From Bacteroidota bacterium (GTDB lineage: Bacteria; Bacteroidota; Bacteroidia; NS11-12g; UBA9320): a DNA stretch of 64,000 nt. Position numbers and translations under genes: made by a program. A model generated the notes under the pieces. That model made no database searches. It was given only the letters and a program-made list of their open reading frames with translations, and was not told where the DNA came from. The stretch spans positions 205,126-269,125 of the forward strand of contig NVWV01000005.1 of NCBI GenBank assembly GCA_002746305.1, given 5' to 3'. Positions within the stretch are counted from its first letter, which is position 1. The number at the start of each line of letters is the position of its first letter. This document shows, one piece after another, positions 28,148 to 38,804 of this stretch.

Positions 28148-29434
28148 ATGACGTTTACACCGAAATACAACCTTATTGAAGAGCTTAAATGGCGTGGCTT
28201 ACATCATCAAGATATGCCGGGTACAGAAGAATTGCTGATGAAAGAATTGGTGAGTGGTTATGTAGGATTTGATCCCACAGCAGACTCTCTCCATATTGGA
28301 AATATGGTCCCTATTATTCTCTTGGTTCACTTGCAGCAAGCAGGACATAAACCCTATGCTCTTGTTGGAGGAGCTACAGGAATGGTTGGAGATCCGAGTG
28401 GTAAAAAAGCTGAACGGACATTGCTTGATTTGGATACTCTAAATCATAATCTTTCTTGTCAAAGAAAGCAATTGGAACAATTTTTAGATTTCGATTGTGG
28501 TGAAAATAGTGCGGAGTTGGTGAACAATTATGATTGGTTCAAGGATTTTAACTTCTTGGAGTTCATTCGTGATGTTGGGAAACATATTTCCGTAAATTAT
28601 ATGATGGCCAAAGATTCGGTAAAGAATAGACTGGAAGATGGCATGAGTTTTACAGAATTTAGCTATCAATTGGTCCAGGGGTATGATTTCTTTCACTTGT
28701 GGAATGAGAAGAATGTAAAACTTCAGATGGGAGGAAGCGACCAGTGGGGTAACATCGTAACTGGAACTGAGTTGATTAGAAGAAAAGGAGGAGAAAATAG
28801 TAAAGGCTATTCTCTTACTGCACCTCTGATTACTAAAGCTGATGGAAGTAAGTTTGGCAAAAGCGAAGGAGGAAATGTATGGTTGGATGCTGAAAAAACA
28901 AGTCCTTATGAGTTTTATCAGTTTTGGATGAATACCAGTGATGAAGATGCAGAACGGTATATTAAAATATTCACTTTATATGATAAGTCGTTCATATCTA
29001 ATATGATAACTGAACATAAGGGAGCCCCTCATTTACGTTTTTTACAGAAAGAATTAGCAAAATATGTTACCACTTGGGTTCATGGTGACGAAGGATTTAA
29101 AATAGCACTTACAGCATCTGAAATACTTTTTGGAAAAGGAACTTCAGAAAGTCTAAGAAGTTTATCTGAAAAGGACTTTCTTTCTATATTTGATGGAGTA
29201 AAAAAATCAGAAGTAGATGAAATTGAGGGAGTTAACATAATTGATATGTGCGGAGATACTGGTTTTTTAGCAAGTAAAAGCGAGGCAAGAAGAGCATTAA
29301 AGGAAAATTCTGTATCGGTAAATAGCGATAAAGTTTCCGAGGATTTTAATTTTTCGAATAGTGACCTTATCAATGGTAAGTATATACTGTTGCAGAGAGG
29401 AAGGAAAAACAAATTTTTGGTTATTAAAAAATAG
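28148..29434 (+). CDS. tyrS: Tyrosyl-tRNA synthetase
   Basis: GFDPTADSLHIGN, QMGGSDQWGN, KFGKS, C-terminal S4-like domain. Confidence 0.97.
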   Translation: MTFTPKYNLIEELKWRGLHHQDMPGTEELLMKELVSGYVGFDPTADSLHIGNMVPIILLVHLQQAGHKPYALVGGATGMVGDPSGKKAERTLLDLDTLNHNLSCQRKQLEQFLDFDCGENSAELVNNYDWFKDFNFLEFIRDVGKHISVNYMMAKDSVKNRLEDGMSFTEFSYQLVQGYDFFHLWNEKNVKLQMGGSDQWGNIVTGTELIRRKGGENSKGYSLTAPLITKADGSKFGKSEGGNVWLDAEKTSPYEFYQFWMNTSDEDAERYIKIFTLYDKSFISNMITEHKGAPHLRFLQKELAKYVTTWVHGDEGFKIALTASEILFGKGTSESLRSLSEKDFLSIFDGVKKSEVDEIEGVNIIDMCGDTGFLASKSEARRALKENSVSVNSDKVSEDFNFSNSDLINGKYILLQRGRKNKFLVIKK

Positions 29435-29436
29435 AC

Positions 29437-30285
29437 ATGTTAACATTAGATCCAAAAGAATTAGCAATACCTAAACTGCATCACTACTTGCTAGGTAGTA
29501 TTGGTCCTCGACCAATTGCTTTTGCAAGTACAATAGATACATCGGGTAACAGAAATTTGGCACCATTTAGTTTTTTTAATGTATTCAGTGCTAATCCTCC
29601 AATTCTAATATTTTCTCCCTCAAGAAGCGGTAGGACTAATGCTACCAAGAATACATACGATAATGTCAAGTCAGTTGCAGAAGTAGTTATTAATGTGGTT
29701 AATTACGATATGGTGCATCAAATGAGTCTAACAAGCTCACCCTTTGATGCAGGAATTGATGAGTTTGAAAAAGGGGGATTTACACCTATCCCATCTGAGA
29801 CTGTTGAGCCTTATAGGGTTAAAGAATCACCTATACAAATGGAGTGTAAAGTTTTAGAAGTAAAGGAGTTGGGTGTGAACGGTGGAGCTGGTAACCTAGT
29901 AATTTGTGAAGTACAAAGAATTCATATCAATGAAAAAGTACTTGACGAAAATAATATGGTGGATCAACAGAAAATAGACTTGGTGAGTCGCATGGGTGGT
30001 AATTGGTATTGTAGGACGAATTCAGGAAGTATGTTTGAGCTTGATAAGCCCCTTACAACAATTGGTATAGGAGTAGATGCCCTACCTGGGAAAATAAGAT
30101 TGAGTTCGGAGCTTACAGGAAATGATTTAGGCAGACTAGGTAATTTACAATACCTACCTTCAGAGGATGAATTGACTTCAGCTTTGAAGAATATTTCAAT
30201 TGAACTCTCTGTTTCAATTGCTAAAGAGTTTCTAAGAAAGAATGAACCGTTAATTGCCTATGCTGTATTAAATAAAATACTATAA
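29437..30285 (+). CDS. Flavin reductase-like (DIM6/NTAB family) protein
   Basis: PRPIAFAST, NLAPFSFFN, ESPIQMEC. Confidence 0.85.
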   Translation: MLTLDPKELAIPKLHHYLLGSIGPRPIAFASTIDTSGNRNLAPFSFFNVFSANPPILIFSPSRSGRTNATKNTYDNVKSVAEVVINVVNYDMVHQMSLTSSPFDAGIDEFEKGGFTPIPSETVEPYRVKESPIQMECKVLEVKELGVNGGAGNLVICEVQRIHINEKVLDENNMVDQQKIDLVSRMGGNWYCRTNSGSMFELDKPLTTIGIGVDALPGKIRLSSELTGNDLGRLGNLQYLPSEDELTSALKNISIELSVSIAKEFLRKNEPLIAYAVLNKIL

Positions 30286-30819
30286 ATGAATATATCCAGA
30301 TTTTTTTTTAAACTTCTAATTATTACAACCTACATAGTCAGAGTGGCTTTGCTTGTATTTCCATTAGCTGCAATTATTGTCCTTGCAAAGGAGGGTGGTT
30401 GGAAATATGGATTTACATTTATTCAGAATAATATTGAGGTTGCGGCGTTTGTATCATTTGCAATTGGTTTTCTCTTGTCATTCTACCATGCCATGAGTTT
30501 TGAAGAGGTTGGAGGAGCTCCTATCAAAAATTATATGAGAACAAGACAATCAGTTCAAGTAAGAAGTAACAAGGGATTAGATGTTGTAGAAGAGTTTTTA
30601 TCCAATCATACAAAGTATAAGAACATTAGGCGAGTAGGGAATGTATTGACGGCTCGACGAAATGTGATATTCTTGAGTCCAGATAGGGTTAAGGTCACCG
30701 ACAATGGAGATACATTTACATTAGAAAGTGGGCCATTTATTTTTTTATGGTTTATTGATTTTGGGAGAAATTTCAAGAATGTAAAGGAGATAGCACGGTA
30801 CATTAAACTAGGTAAATGA
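30286..30819 (+). CDS. Hypothetical membrane protein
   Basis: Two N-terminal hydrophobic helices; abuts both neighbours in an operon-like arrangement. Confidence 0.6.
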   Translation: MNISRFFFKLLIITTYIVRVALLVFPLAAIIVLAKEGGWKYGFTFIQNNIEVAAFVSFAIGFLLSFYHAMSFEEVGGAPIKNYMRTRQSVQVRSNKGLDVVEEFLSNHTKYKNIRRVGNVLTARRNVIFLSPDRVKVTDNGDTFTLESGPFIFLWFIDFGRNFKNVKEIARYIKLGK

Positions 30820-31385
30820 ATATAGGTATAATTTCAGGATCTGCTAGAAAAGATAACAATACCTTAAGAGTGGCAAAGGCAATTGGTTTAGAGTTAAACA
30901 ATTCAAATATCGTTGATTTTCAAGAGTATGATCTACCAAGCTTTGCAGATGGGTTTATCAGTCCTGATTCAGAAACACCTTTTCAATCACATCTTATAAA
31001 AATAATAAATGAATCTGATTTATTATTGGTTTTGACTCCAGAGTATAACTGGTTTCCAAGTGCTGAAATTATCAATACCATTCATCAGCTGGCAGGACCT
31101 ACATATAAACATATTTTTGATAATAAGGTCGTTGCCACAATTGGAGTAAGTGTGGGAAGAGGAGGGCGAATGCCTGCAGTCCAACTTGGGTATGTATTTA
31201 ATAAGATATTCAATGTTTTTGATTTAAACAGCATAACAAGTCCTCGTACGTTCGAAGCACAAGAAGTGACTAGATGTATTGATGATGAAGGCAATCTATT
31301 AGATAATGATATGTTTAACAAGGGTTTCAGATCATTCTTGGACTATTCACTTAAAGTTGCAAAAAGATGGCAGCTAAGTGATTGA
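30816..31385 (+). CDS. NADPH-dependent FMN reductase
   Basis: IISGSARKDN, TPEYN, GRGG flavodoxin-like motifs. Confidence 0.85.
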   Translation: MNIGIISGSARKDNNTLRVAKAIGLELNNSNIVDFQEYDLPSFADGFISPDSETPFQSHLIKIINESDLLLVLTPEYNWFPSAEIINTIHQLAGPTYKHIFDNKVVATIGVSVGRGGRMPAVQLGYVFNKIFNVFDLNSITSPRTFEAQEVTRCIDDEGNLLDNDMFNKGFRSFLDYSLKVAKRWQLSD

Positions 31386-31421
31386 AAAAAATTATTTTGC
31401 GACCACGTAAAATAATATAAA

Positions 31422-34313
31422 ATGAAAAATCTTTTATTTCTTGGCTTATTACTATTCTCAGCCTTTGCAAAGGCACAAAATACAACCTTTACAAGGTTAA
31501 TTAATAATGACTCCGCAGATAATGTTCAAGCAGGGTTTCAAGTTTCAAATGGAGATTACTTTATTCTTTCGGTAACGGCAGAAGGAGGACAAGGAGGTAC
31601 CGATTTTCAGATAAGTCGTACAAATGGTCTAGGAAGTACGCTTTGGTCATATACCTACGGTACTTCTGGAGATGACTTTGGATCCGCTATGAAACCTACT
31701 TCTGATGGAGGTGTAATAGTCTGTGGTTATAGTGACGGTTTAATTGGTGGATCATTTGATCAGGCTTTTATATCTAAGATAAATTCTTCAGGAACAGTTC
31801 AATGGACTAAGTTATTGCAGACGGATAGTAATTCTAGGGCTTTGGATGTAATCCAAGCTCGGAACGGTGTTTATTATCTCACAGGGTACGTTGATTTAGA
31901 TACCATGGGAACAAATATGTTGGCTTCTCGAATAGATGGAACAGGTTCGGTAACTTGGATTAAGACTTTAGGAGGCGATGGTGATGATGTAGGTTATTCT
32001 CTTACTGAGGATGCTTTAAATAGAATAGTAATTGCTGGGAGTACTTCAAATGATTCTGTGAACATTGGAAGTTCTGGCGATGTTGATATTAGTTTCATAG
32101 CTCTTAATACTGGTGGATCAATCTTACTTTCAAAGAATTTTGGAACCACTTCTGATGACTATGCAACGGTAATTCGTTCGTATGTGGATGGTTTTTTATA
32201 TGTAGCAGGAAATACAATGGGAGGATCGTCGATTGATGAAGATGCCTTCATTCTAAAAATGGATACCAATTTTAATGTGTCAACATCAACTTGGTATGGG
32301 TTATTAGGAAATGATAGAGCAGAGGACCTCCTAGTAACAGGAAGTAACAATTTCTTATTGGCTACATCCTCAGCAGGAATGTTCTCTCCAAGAGATGCCT
32401 ATTTTACAGAAATTAATGCTTTCGTGGTTTCCGGAGGAACTGGAATTATTGGGGGAGTGAATGCAGATGCTAGTAATGGAGTATCTTTAATGGGTAATTC
32501 CGCATCAGGATATTCTGTGATTACATCTGGGACTTCCTTTGGAACAGGTACTTTGGAAGATGTGTATATTACAAAATTGGAATCAACTCTAAGTGCTGAT
32601 TGTGGTTACTTAATGGACATGATAGATTTTGGTTCAATGTCACTTAGTAGCAATACCTTTAGTAATTCTACTTCAACAGGTGCTAGCAATTCTGTAACGC
32701 TTACAAGATCAAGTGTAACGAATAGTGATTCAATTCTTTGCTGCAAACTTGAAGCAAGAACTGGTGCGACAGCTATCACAATATGTGAAGGAGATAATGT
32801 CAATATAGGTCGACAGAATATAACAGGTTATCAGTATTCTTGGACTACTTTAAGCGGGAATTCATTTACTAGTAACAGTTCAAATCCAAGTGTTTCTCCA
32901 ACGGTAACAACAGAATATAAGTTAGTGGTTTCATCTGCAGATGGAATATGTAGTCATGACTCCGCGACAGTATTGGTGACGGTTAATCAACGGCAAACTC
33001 AAGTGTTTTTAGGAGACACATTATTTTGTGATGGAGATAGTGTAATACTCGAAGCACAAAGTGGAATGAATTTTTACGAATGGGTTTACAATGGCAACAC
33101 AACAAATAATGCAAGTCTTAAAATTAAGGAAACAGGGACTATAAGATTATTTGCGATAGACAATAATTCGTGTATTTATAGAGATACCTTAGAGGCAGAA
33201 AAGAAGGCATTACCTGAATTCAACCTTGGGAATGATACAACCATTTGCGATAACTTATCGATAACATTAACAGGCCCTGCTGGTCTGCCAACATATGATT
33301 GGAATGGTACAATTGGAAGTTCAAATACATTAATTACAAATTCTTCACAGGATCATATCCTAATTGCCACAGATGCTTTTGGATGTCAATATTCTGATAC
33401 TGTTCGAATTTTAACGAACCCATCATCTTCTTTCTCTTTAGGAAATGATACAGCAATTTGTGCTGGGACTACTGTAGATATTTTTATAAATGCTGTATTA
33501 ACAGATTATAAATGGAATGGAGTTGCAAGCACTAGTTCTAGTTTTACCGTGAGCAGTGAAGGAACTTATTTTGCAGAGGCTCAAAATAGTTTTGATTGTC
33601 CTAGTTATGATACTATAGTAATTTCCGAGTTGGCTGCTCCTATTTTCTCATTAGGTGCAGATACTGGTTTTTGTGATGAAATAATTTACACCTTACAAGG
33701 CCCATCTGCAATGAAAAGTTACACATGGTCTGATAATACTGACTTAAGTACACTGGATATTTCTGCTATTGGTTTGTATTATTTGGACGTTGTCGGAGGA
33801 AATGATTGTGTATATTCAGATAGTATAAATATTGAGCTTTACACCAGCCCAACTATTAGTTTAGGAAATGATACAATCATACCTTCAAGTGGTTCATTAG
33901 CACTTACTCCAGGTTCAGACTTTGACGTATATGATTGGAGTACGGGTGAGTCATCAGAGTCAATAACAGTTTCAGATACTGGTCTCTATTCGGTAATTGT
34001 AACCGATACAAACGGATGTTCGGCAACTGATACTATTTGGATTCCAAGTACAGCAAGTATTGGATTTATTGACGGGGTAAAATATTCAATATTCCCAAAT
34101 CCAGTTTCTGAAAAAATTCAGATAATTACAGAAGGTGAAATGTCTAATGCCAAGTTTATATTGATTGATGTTACAGGAAAAGAAGTGTTTAAGGACACTC
34201 TAAAAGGAAATAGTAGTTCAATTAATGTTTCTTCCTTGGAGAATGGCATATATAAATTAATTCTTTACTCGGATGTTAAGTCACTAACTTTTAGCGTTGT
34301 AGTATCACACTAA
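31422..34313 (+). CDS. T9SS cargo surface protein: beta-propeller repeats + tandem Ig-like (LGNDT) repeats + type A CTD
   Basis: Repeated W...GGxGDD...GY/AG blades; repeated LGNDTxIC...Y.W...GC..SDT units; IFPNPV...LENGIY CTD. Confidence 0.8.
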   Translation: MKNLLFLGLLLFSAFAKAQNTTFTRLINNDSADNVQAGFQVSNGDYFILSVTAEGGQGGTDFQISRTNGLGSTLWSYTYGTSGDDFGSAMKPTSDGGVIVCGYSDGLIGGSFDQAFISKINSSGTVQWTKLLQTDSNSRALDVIQARNGVYYLTGYVDLDTMGTNMLASRIDGTGSVTWIKTLGGDGDDVGYSLTEDALNRIVIAGSTSNDSVNIGSSGDVDISFIALNTGGSILLSKNFGTTSDDYATVIRSYVDGFLYVAGNTMGGSSIDEDAFILKMDTNFNVSTSTWYGLLGNDRAEDLLVTGSNNFLLATSSAGMFSPRDAYFTEINAFVVSGGTGIIGGVNADASNGVSLMGNSASGYSVITSGTSFGTGTLEDVYITKLESTLSADCGYLMDMIDFGSMSLSSNTFSNSTSTGASNSVTLTRSSVTNSDSILCCKLEARTGATAITICEGDNVNIGRQNITGYQYSWTTLSGNSFTSNSSNPSVSPTVTTEYKLVVSSADGICSHDSATVLVTVNQRQTQVFLGDTLFCDGDSVILEAQSGMNFYEWVYNGNTTNNASLKIKETGTIRLFAIDNNSCIYRDTLEAEKKALPEFNLGNDTTICDNLSITLTGPAGLPTYDWNGTIGSSNTLITNSSQDHILIATDAFGCQYSDTVRILTNPSSSFSLGNDTAICAGTTVDIFINAVLTDYKWNGVASTSSSFTVSSEGTYFAEAQNSFDCPSYDTIVISELAAPIFSLGADTGFCDEIIYTLQGPSAMKSYTWSDNTDLSTLDISAIGLYYLDVVGGNDCVYSDSINIELYTSPTISLGNDTIIPSSGSLALTPGSDFDVYDWSTGESSESITVSDTGLYSVIVTDTNGCSATDTIWIPSTASIGFIDGVKYSIFPNPVSEKIQIITEGEMSNAKFILIDVTGKEVFKDTLKGNSSSINVSSLENGIYKLILYSDVKSLTFSVVVSH

Positions 34314-34316
34314 AGA

Positions 34317-35231
34317 ATGTCAATAGTTATTAAAAATCTTTCAAAACAGTATGGTAGACAAAAAGCAATCGACAATATCTCATTTACTATAGATTCTGGA
34401 GAGATTGTTGGTTTTCTAGGTCCAAATGGAGCTGGAAAAAGTACTACAATGAAAATTCTAAGTGGGTTTATCCCACAGACTTCAGGAAGTGCAGAGGTTT
34501 TAGGAATGGATATAGTTAATGATTCTTTGAAAATTAAAAAGAGGATTGGTTATTTAGCAGAACTTAATCCTTTATATACAGAAATGTATATAACTGAATA
34601 TCTCAAATTCAATGCTGATATTTATAAAATAAAAGATGCAAAAGGGGCAATTGAACGAGTGATAAAAGCTACAGGCCTTTCTTTGGAGAGGAAGAAAAAA
34701 ATTGGACAATTGTCAAAAGGCTATAAGCAAAGAGTTGGACTAGCCCAAGCATTGCTTAATGATCCAGATGTGCTAATATTGGATGAACCCACCTCAGGTT
34801 TGGATCCTAACCAAATGAGTGAAATTAGAAAGCTCATTTTGTCTTTAGGTAAGAATAAAACAATTCTATTGTCATCACATATAATGCAGGAAGTAGAGGC
34901 TATGTGCAGTAGAGTCATCATTATTAATAAAGGTAAGATTGTTGCGGATGATAAGGTAGATGCTGTAAAGAGTTTACTCTCAAAAGGTAGTCATACGATT
35001 GTAGTTAAATTTAGAAATGCAATAGATACCACAAAGCTGAAAGAGAATAGTGGAATTACGAAGATAGAAGGGCTGTCCGTTAATACATATAAAGTAACAT
35101 CTAGCAGCAAGGTCGATTTGGCAGGATTGCTTTTTAAATTTGCTATAGATTCAGAAACCATAATAATAGAGCAACGCGAAGAGGTTGAGACGTTAGAGTC
35201 TGTTTTTCAACAATTAACAGGTAATGTTTAG
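34317..35231 (+). CDS. gldA: Gliding motility ABC transporter ATPase GldA
   Basis: GPNGAGKST, LSKGYKQRVG, LDEPTSG; directly upstream of gldF and gldG. Confidence 0.9.
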   Translation: MSIVIKNLSKQYGRQKAIDNISFTIDSGEIVGFLGPNGAGKSTTMKILSGFIPQTSGSAEVLGMDIVNDSLKIKKRIGYLAELNPLYTEMYITEYLKFNADIYKIKDAKGAIERVIKATGLSLERKKKIGQLSKGYKQRVGLAQALLNDPDVLILDEPTSGLDPNQMSEIRKLILSLGKNKTILLSSHIMQEVEAMCSRVIIINKGKIVADDKVDAVKSLLSKGSHTIVVKFRNAIDTTKLKENSGITKIEGLSVNTYKVTSSSKVDLAGLLFKFAIDSETIIIEQREEVETLESVFQQLTGNV

Positions 35232-35952
35232 TATATTCAAGAAGGAAATACGAGGATTTTTAAGTTCACTAATTGCCTATGTGGTGATCATAGTATTTCT
35301 ATTGATAATAGGACTGTTTACTTGGGTTTTTGCTGATGGAAATGTTCTAGCCTTAGGCCATGCAAATCTTGATGTTTTATTTTTTATGGCACCTTGGGTG
35401 TTTATATTTTTGATATCAGCTATAACGATGCGTTCCTTTTCAGAAGAGATTAATCAGGGGACCTTTGAAATTTTAAGTACTAAACCCATAACAGATATAG
35501 ATATAATATTAGGAAAGTTCTTTGCAGCTATTTCTCTTGTTCTTTTTGCAATCTTACCAACTTTACTTTACTTCTTTTCTGTTTATCAATTGGGATTACC
35601 AAAAGGGAACATTGATGTAGGAGCAACCTTTGGTTCATACATTGGCTTATTACTTTTAGGTGCTAGCTATGCAGCCATCGGAATATTTTCTTCTGCTGTT
35701 ACACCTAACCAGATTGTTGCATTCATTTTAGGAATGTTCTTGTGCTTCTTTTTTTATGTAGGCTTTCAGCAATTAAGTAATTTGAACTTATTTGGGACAT
35801 TTGATAGTATTGTACAAGCTCTCGGGATTCAATTCCACTATGATTCCATAAGTCGTGGGGTTGTAGATACAAGAGACTTAATGTATTTTGGGTCATTAAT
35901 TACAGTTTTTTTAGGTTTAACTTATATCGTTCTTAACAGCAGAAAATGGTAA
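35224..35952 (+). CDS. gldF: Gliding motility ABC permease GldF
   Basis: FKKEIRGF, ITMRSFSEE, ISRGVVDTRD. Confidence 0.9.
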   Translation: MFSIFKKEIRGFLSSLIAYVVIIVFLLIIGLFTWVFADGNVLALGHANLDVLFFMAPWVFIFLISAITMRSFSEEINQGTFEILSTKPITDIDIILGKFFAAISLVLFAILPTLLYFFSVYQLGLPKGNIDVGATFGSYIGLLLLGASYAAIGIFSSAVTPNQIVAFILGMFLCFFFYVGFQQLSNLNLFGTFDSIVQALGIQFHYDSISRGVVDTRDLMYFGSLITVFLGLTYIVLNSRKW

Positions 35953-37730
35953 AACTTAATAAGAAAAGGACTAAGAGAAATGGTGTTATTAAGAAGGCAA
36001 TAATTGTCTTTTTTGCAATTATCTTTTTGAATGTACTAGCAGATAAGTTCTATCAGCGTTTAGATTTAACAAAGGAAAAGAGATATACGCTTTCAGAGTC
36101 CACAAAGAGATTGATAGATAAAGTAGACGATGACATATATATAACTATTTTCCTTGATGGAGACCTGCCATTAGAGTACAAGAGGTTGAAATCTGCTACT
36201 AGAGATATGCTTAACGAGTTCAAGTTGGCATCCTCTGGCAATATTTCATTTGATTTTGATGATGTTCTAAGTGATAAAGAAATAAAAGAGAAAGAGTCGA
36301 TACTAAAAGATATTTACAAAAGAGGTTTGCGTATTGAAAGACCAGAAACCAGACCTGATGAGGCTCCATCTGAAAAATTTATAATACCAGCAGGGGTAGT
36401 TTATTATAAAGGGAAGGAATACCCTCTTAACCTCATGAAGAGGCAATTTGGTAAGCCATTGGAAGAAGAGATCAATGGTTCTATTGAGTTATTAGAATAT
36501 GAAATTGGAAATGTAATCAGAAAAGGAGTTGTTGGGCAAGAACTTAAACTTGCGTTCACAGTAGGCCATGGGGAATTGGATGAAGTTGAAACTGCAGATA
36601 TTACCAATGAACTGTTAGGATTCTATGACGTTAATAGAATTAACTTGAATCTTACAGATTCGAATTGTTATAAGCTTTTTTCAAAGGAAGTAGCCAATAA
36701 TCCAGAGAAAGAGGTTTTTACCATATTAGTAGAAGGCTTAATAAAAAAACTCAATGAGTATCAAGGAATAGTAATTGCCAAGCCAACTAAACCATTTTCT
36801 GAGCCTGAGAAGTTTATCATTGATCAGTATGTAATGAACGGTGGGAAGGTCATTTTTTTAGTTGAGAATTTAGTTGCTGAAATGGATTCAGTGGCCAAGT
36901 ATGGTCAGATGGTTACAACGAACCACAATCATAATTTAGGGGACATGCTTTTTCATTATGGTGTGAAGATAAAGCCTTCACTAATTCAGGATTTACAAAG
37001 TCATGGTATCCCTGCAATAAATCAGCAAACAAATAGGCCGGGCTTTTGGCCTTGGATGTTTTATCCTTTGTTCAATGCTATTGATGATAATCCAGTGTCA
37101 AAGAATTTAGAAAATGTATGGGGGAGGTATTGTAGTTCTTTAGATACGACTAAGAGTAAATCTTTGCGTAAAACGGTATTGCTAAGGTCGTCACCCCAGT
37201 CCAGATTGGCACACAGCCCAGTTCTTATATCATTGGACTTGCTAAAGGTGAAACCAGACCCTGTAAATTTTAGAAAGGGAAACCAGATTGCAGCAGTCTT
37301 AGTTAATGGAACTTTTACCAGTCCGTTTAGATACAGGTCTGGTGTTAAAAAAGCCTTTGATATTTCATTTATAGATTCTGTTGAATCCAATGCTATGATT
37401 GTCATAGGAGATGGTGATTTGATACGAAATCAGGTGTCGTCTGATGGGCAAGTATATCCTTTGGGGTACGACAAATATGGGTCTAAGCAATTTGGAACTC
37501 CAGTTGAGTTTGCTAATAAGAAATTCTTCCTCAATTGTGTAGATTATCTTTGTGATGATTCTAACTTAATAGAAGTACGAAGTAGGGAGATTATTTTGAG
37601 ATTGCTCAATAAAGGGAAAGTCAAATCAGAGAAATTATTTTGGCAGAGTTTAAATATGATACTACCCATAATTTCTATTATTATATTTGGGTTGGTAAAT
37701 GCTTTCATCCGAAAGAGGCGTTGGACATAA
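35946..37730 (+). CDS. gldG: Gliding motility ABC auxiliary component GldG
   Basis: RLDLTKEKRYTLS, LEYE, GHGE, DQYVMNGG, NKKFFLN. Confidence 0.9.
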   Translation: MVKLNKKRTKRNGVIKKAIIVFFAIIFLNVLADKFYQRLDLTKEKRYTLSESTKRLIDKVDDDIYITIFLDGDLPLEYKRLKSATRDMLNEFKLASSGNISFDFDDVLSDKEIKEKESILKDIYKRGLRIERPETRPDEAPSEKFIIPAGVVYYKGKEYPLNLMKRQFGKPLEEEINGSIELLEYEIGNVIRKGVVGQELKLAFTVGHGELDEVETADITNELLGFYDVNRINLNLTDSNCYKLFSKEVANNPEKEVFTILVEGLIKKLNEYQGIVIAKPTKPFSEPEKFIIDQYVMNGGKVIFLVENLVAEMDSVAKYGQMVTTNHNHNLGDMLFHYGVKIKPSLIQDLQSHGIPAINQQTNRPGFWPWMFYPLFNAIDDNPVSKNLENVWGRYCSSLDTTKSKSLRKTVLLRSSPQSRLAHSPVLISLDLLKVKPDPVNFRKGNQIAAVLVNGTFTSPFRYRSGVKKAFDISFIDSVESNAMIVIGDGDLIRNQVSSDGQVYPLGYDKYGSKQFGTPVEFANKKFFLNCVDYLCDDSNLIEVRSREIILRLLNKGKVKSEKLFWQSLNMILPIISIIIFGLVNAFIRKRRWT

Positions 37731-37739
37731 TTATGAGGT

Positions 37740-38804
37740 ATGCGGTTAACTTTATTACATATCATTTTATTCTCAAGCCTAGTAGGGTTTTGTCAGGATA
37801 ACAAGTTTATTGCGACTAGTTATACGCCCGGTTTCCTTTTGGCTCATAGAGCAGATATAAAAAACTTGGCAGCTCACAATTTTGGATTAGAAGTGGCTTT
37901 TGAGAAAGAAGTTTCAAATTCTAGTTGGGGAGACTTCTATAATAAACCATCTATCGGATATGGGCTTTTGTATTATAATCTGGGTAAAGAAGAGACAGGG
38001 CATGCATTTGGGATTCTTACTCATGTGAAACTAAATCTTGTCACGTTAGGAAGCAGTGATATCAAATTTAGAATGGGAGCTGGTTTAGCCTACTTGACAA
38101 AGAAATTTGATGTTTATGACAACAGAAGGAATCAGGCGATAGGGAGTCATTTCAATGGTAGTATGCAGTTTGGTCTAATAGCTCACACTCCTATAAGAGA
38201 TAATCTAGATTATATAGACTATGGGATATCTATCTCGCATTACTCCAATGCTGCTTTTAAGGTGCCTAATCTTGGATATAATATCCCTTCGGTTACCATT
38301 AGGTATGGATTTAATATTGGGACAAGTGAGGGGCCTAAAAATGTTGATTCTACTGTTTTGAATAAATTTGACTGGAGAGCGACACTGTTTTATGCTAAAA
38401 AACAAAGAAATTTTGCAGACCCTACAGATTTTTACAATTTTGGAATACAGTTGAGAGGACTGAAAAACGTGAATAAAGCAAAGGCTTGGCGATTTGGTTT
38501 GGATTATACATTGGATAAAACCTACAAATTTTCAGAAGATAAGACTGTAGCTTTGGATTCTATTTCATTGATTGACAAGTCTGAAGTTGCAATTGCTGCA
38601 GGGTTTCAATGGAGTTTTGGAAAAACAGATGTTATAGCGGAAATGGGCGTTTATATTTTTAAGCCAGCAGTACTTAAAAATCAACTGAGCCAGAGGATGG
38701 GAATAGCCTATAGATTTACAGATAGATTATCAGGACTAGGAACATTGAGGTTTCATAGAGGGGTCGCTGATTTTTTTGAAATGGGAATTGGATATACGTT
38801 ATGA
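37740..38804 (+). CDS. Acyloxyacyl hydrolase / PagL-like outer-membrane beta-barrel
   Basis: NQAIGSHFN and HYSNAAFKVPNLG (HxSN motif); terminal GIGYTL. Confidence 0.7.
   Translation: MRLTLLHIILFSSLVGFCQDNKFIATSYTPGFLLAHRADIKNLAAHNFGLEVAFEKEVSNSSWGDFYNKPSIGYGLLYYNLGKEETGHAFGILTHVKLNLVTLGSSDIKFRMGAGLAYLTKKFDVYDNRRNQAIGSHFNGSMQFGLIAHTPIRDNLDYIDYGISISHYSNAAFKVPNLGYNIPSVTIRYGFNIGTSEGPKNVDSTVLNKFDWRATLFYAKKQRNFADPTDFYNFGIQLRGLKNVNKAKAWRFGLDYTLDKTYKFSEDKTVALDSISLIDKSEVAIAAGFQWSFGKTDVIAEMGVYIFKPAVLKNQLSQRMGIAYRFTDRLSGLGTLRFHRGVADFFEMGIGYTL

Noticed and set aside
33000-34050. Repeats in the 963-aa T9SS protein as a DNA repeat array or CRISPR
   Set aside because: They are degenerate protein-level Ig-like repeats. 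I saw no identical spaced DNA repeats or cas genes in the window.
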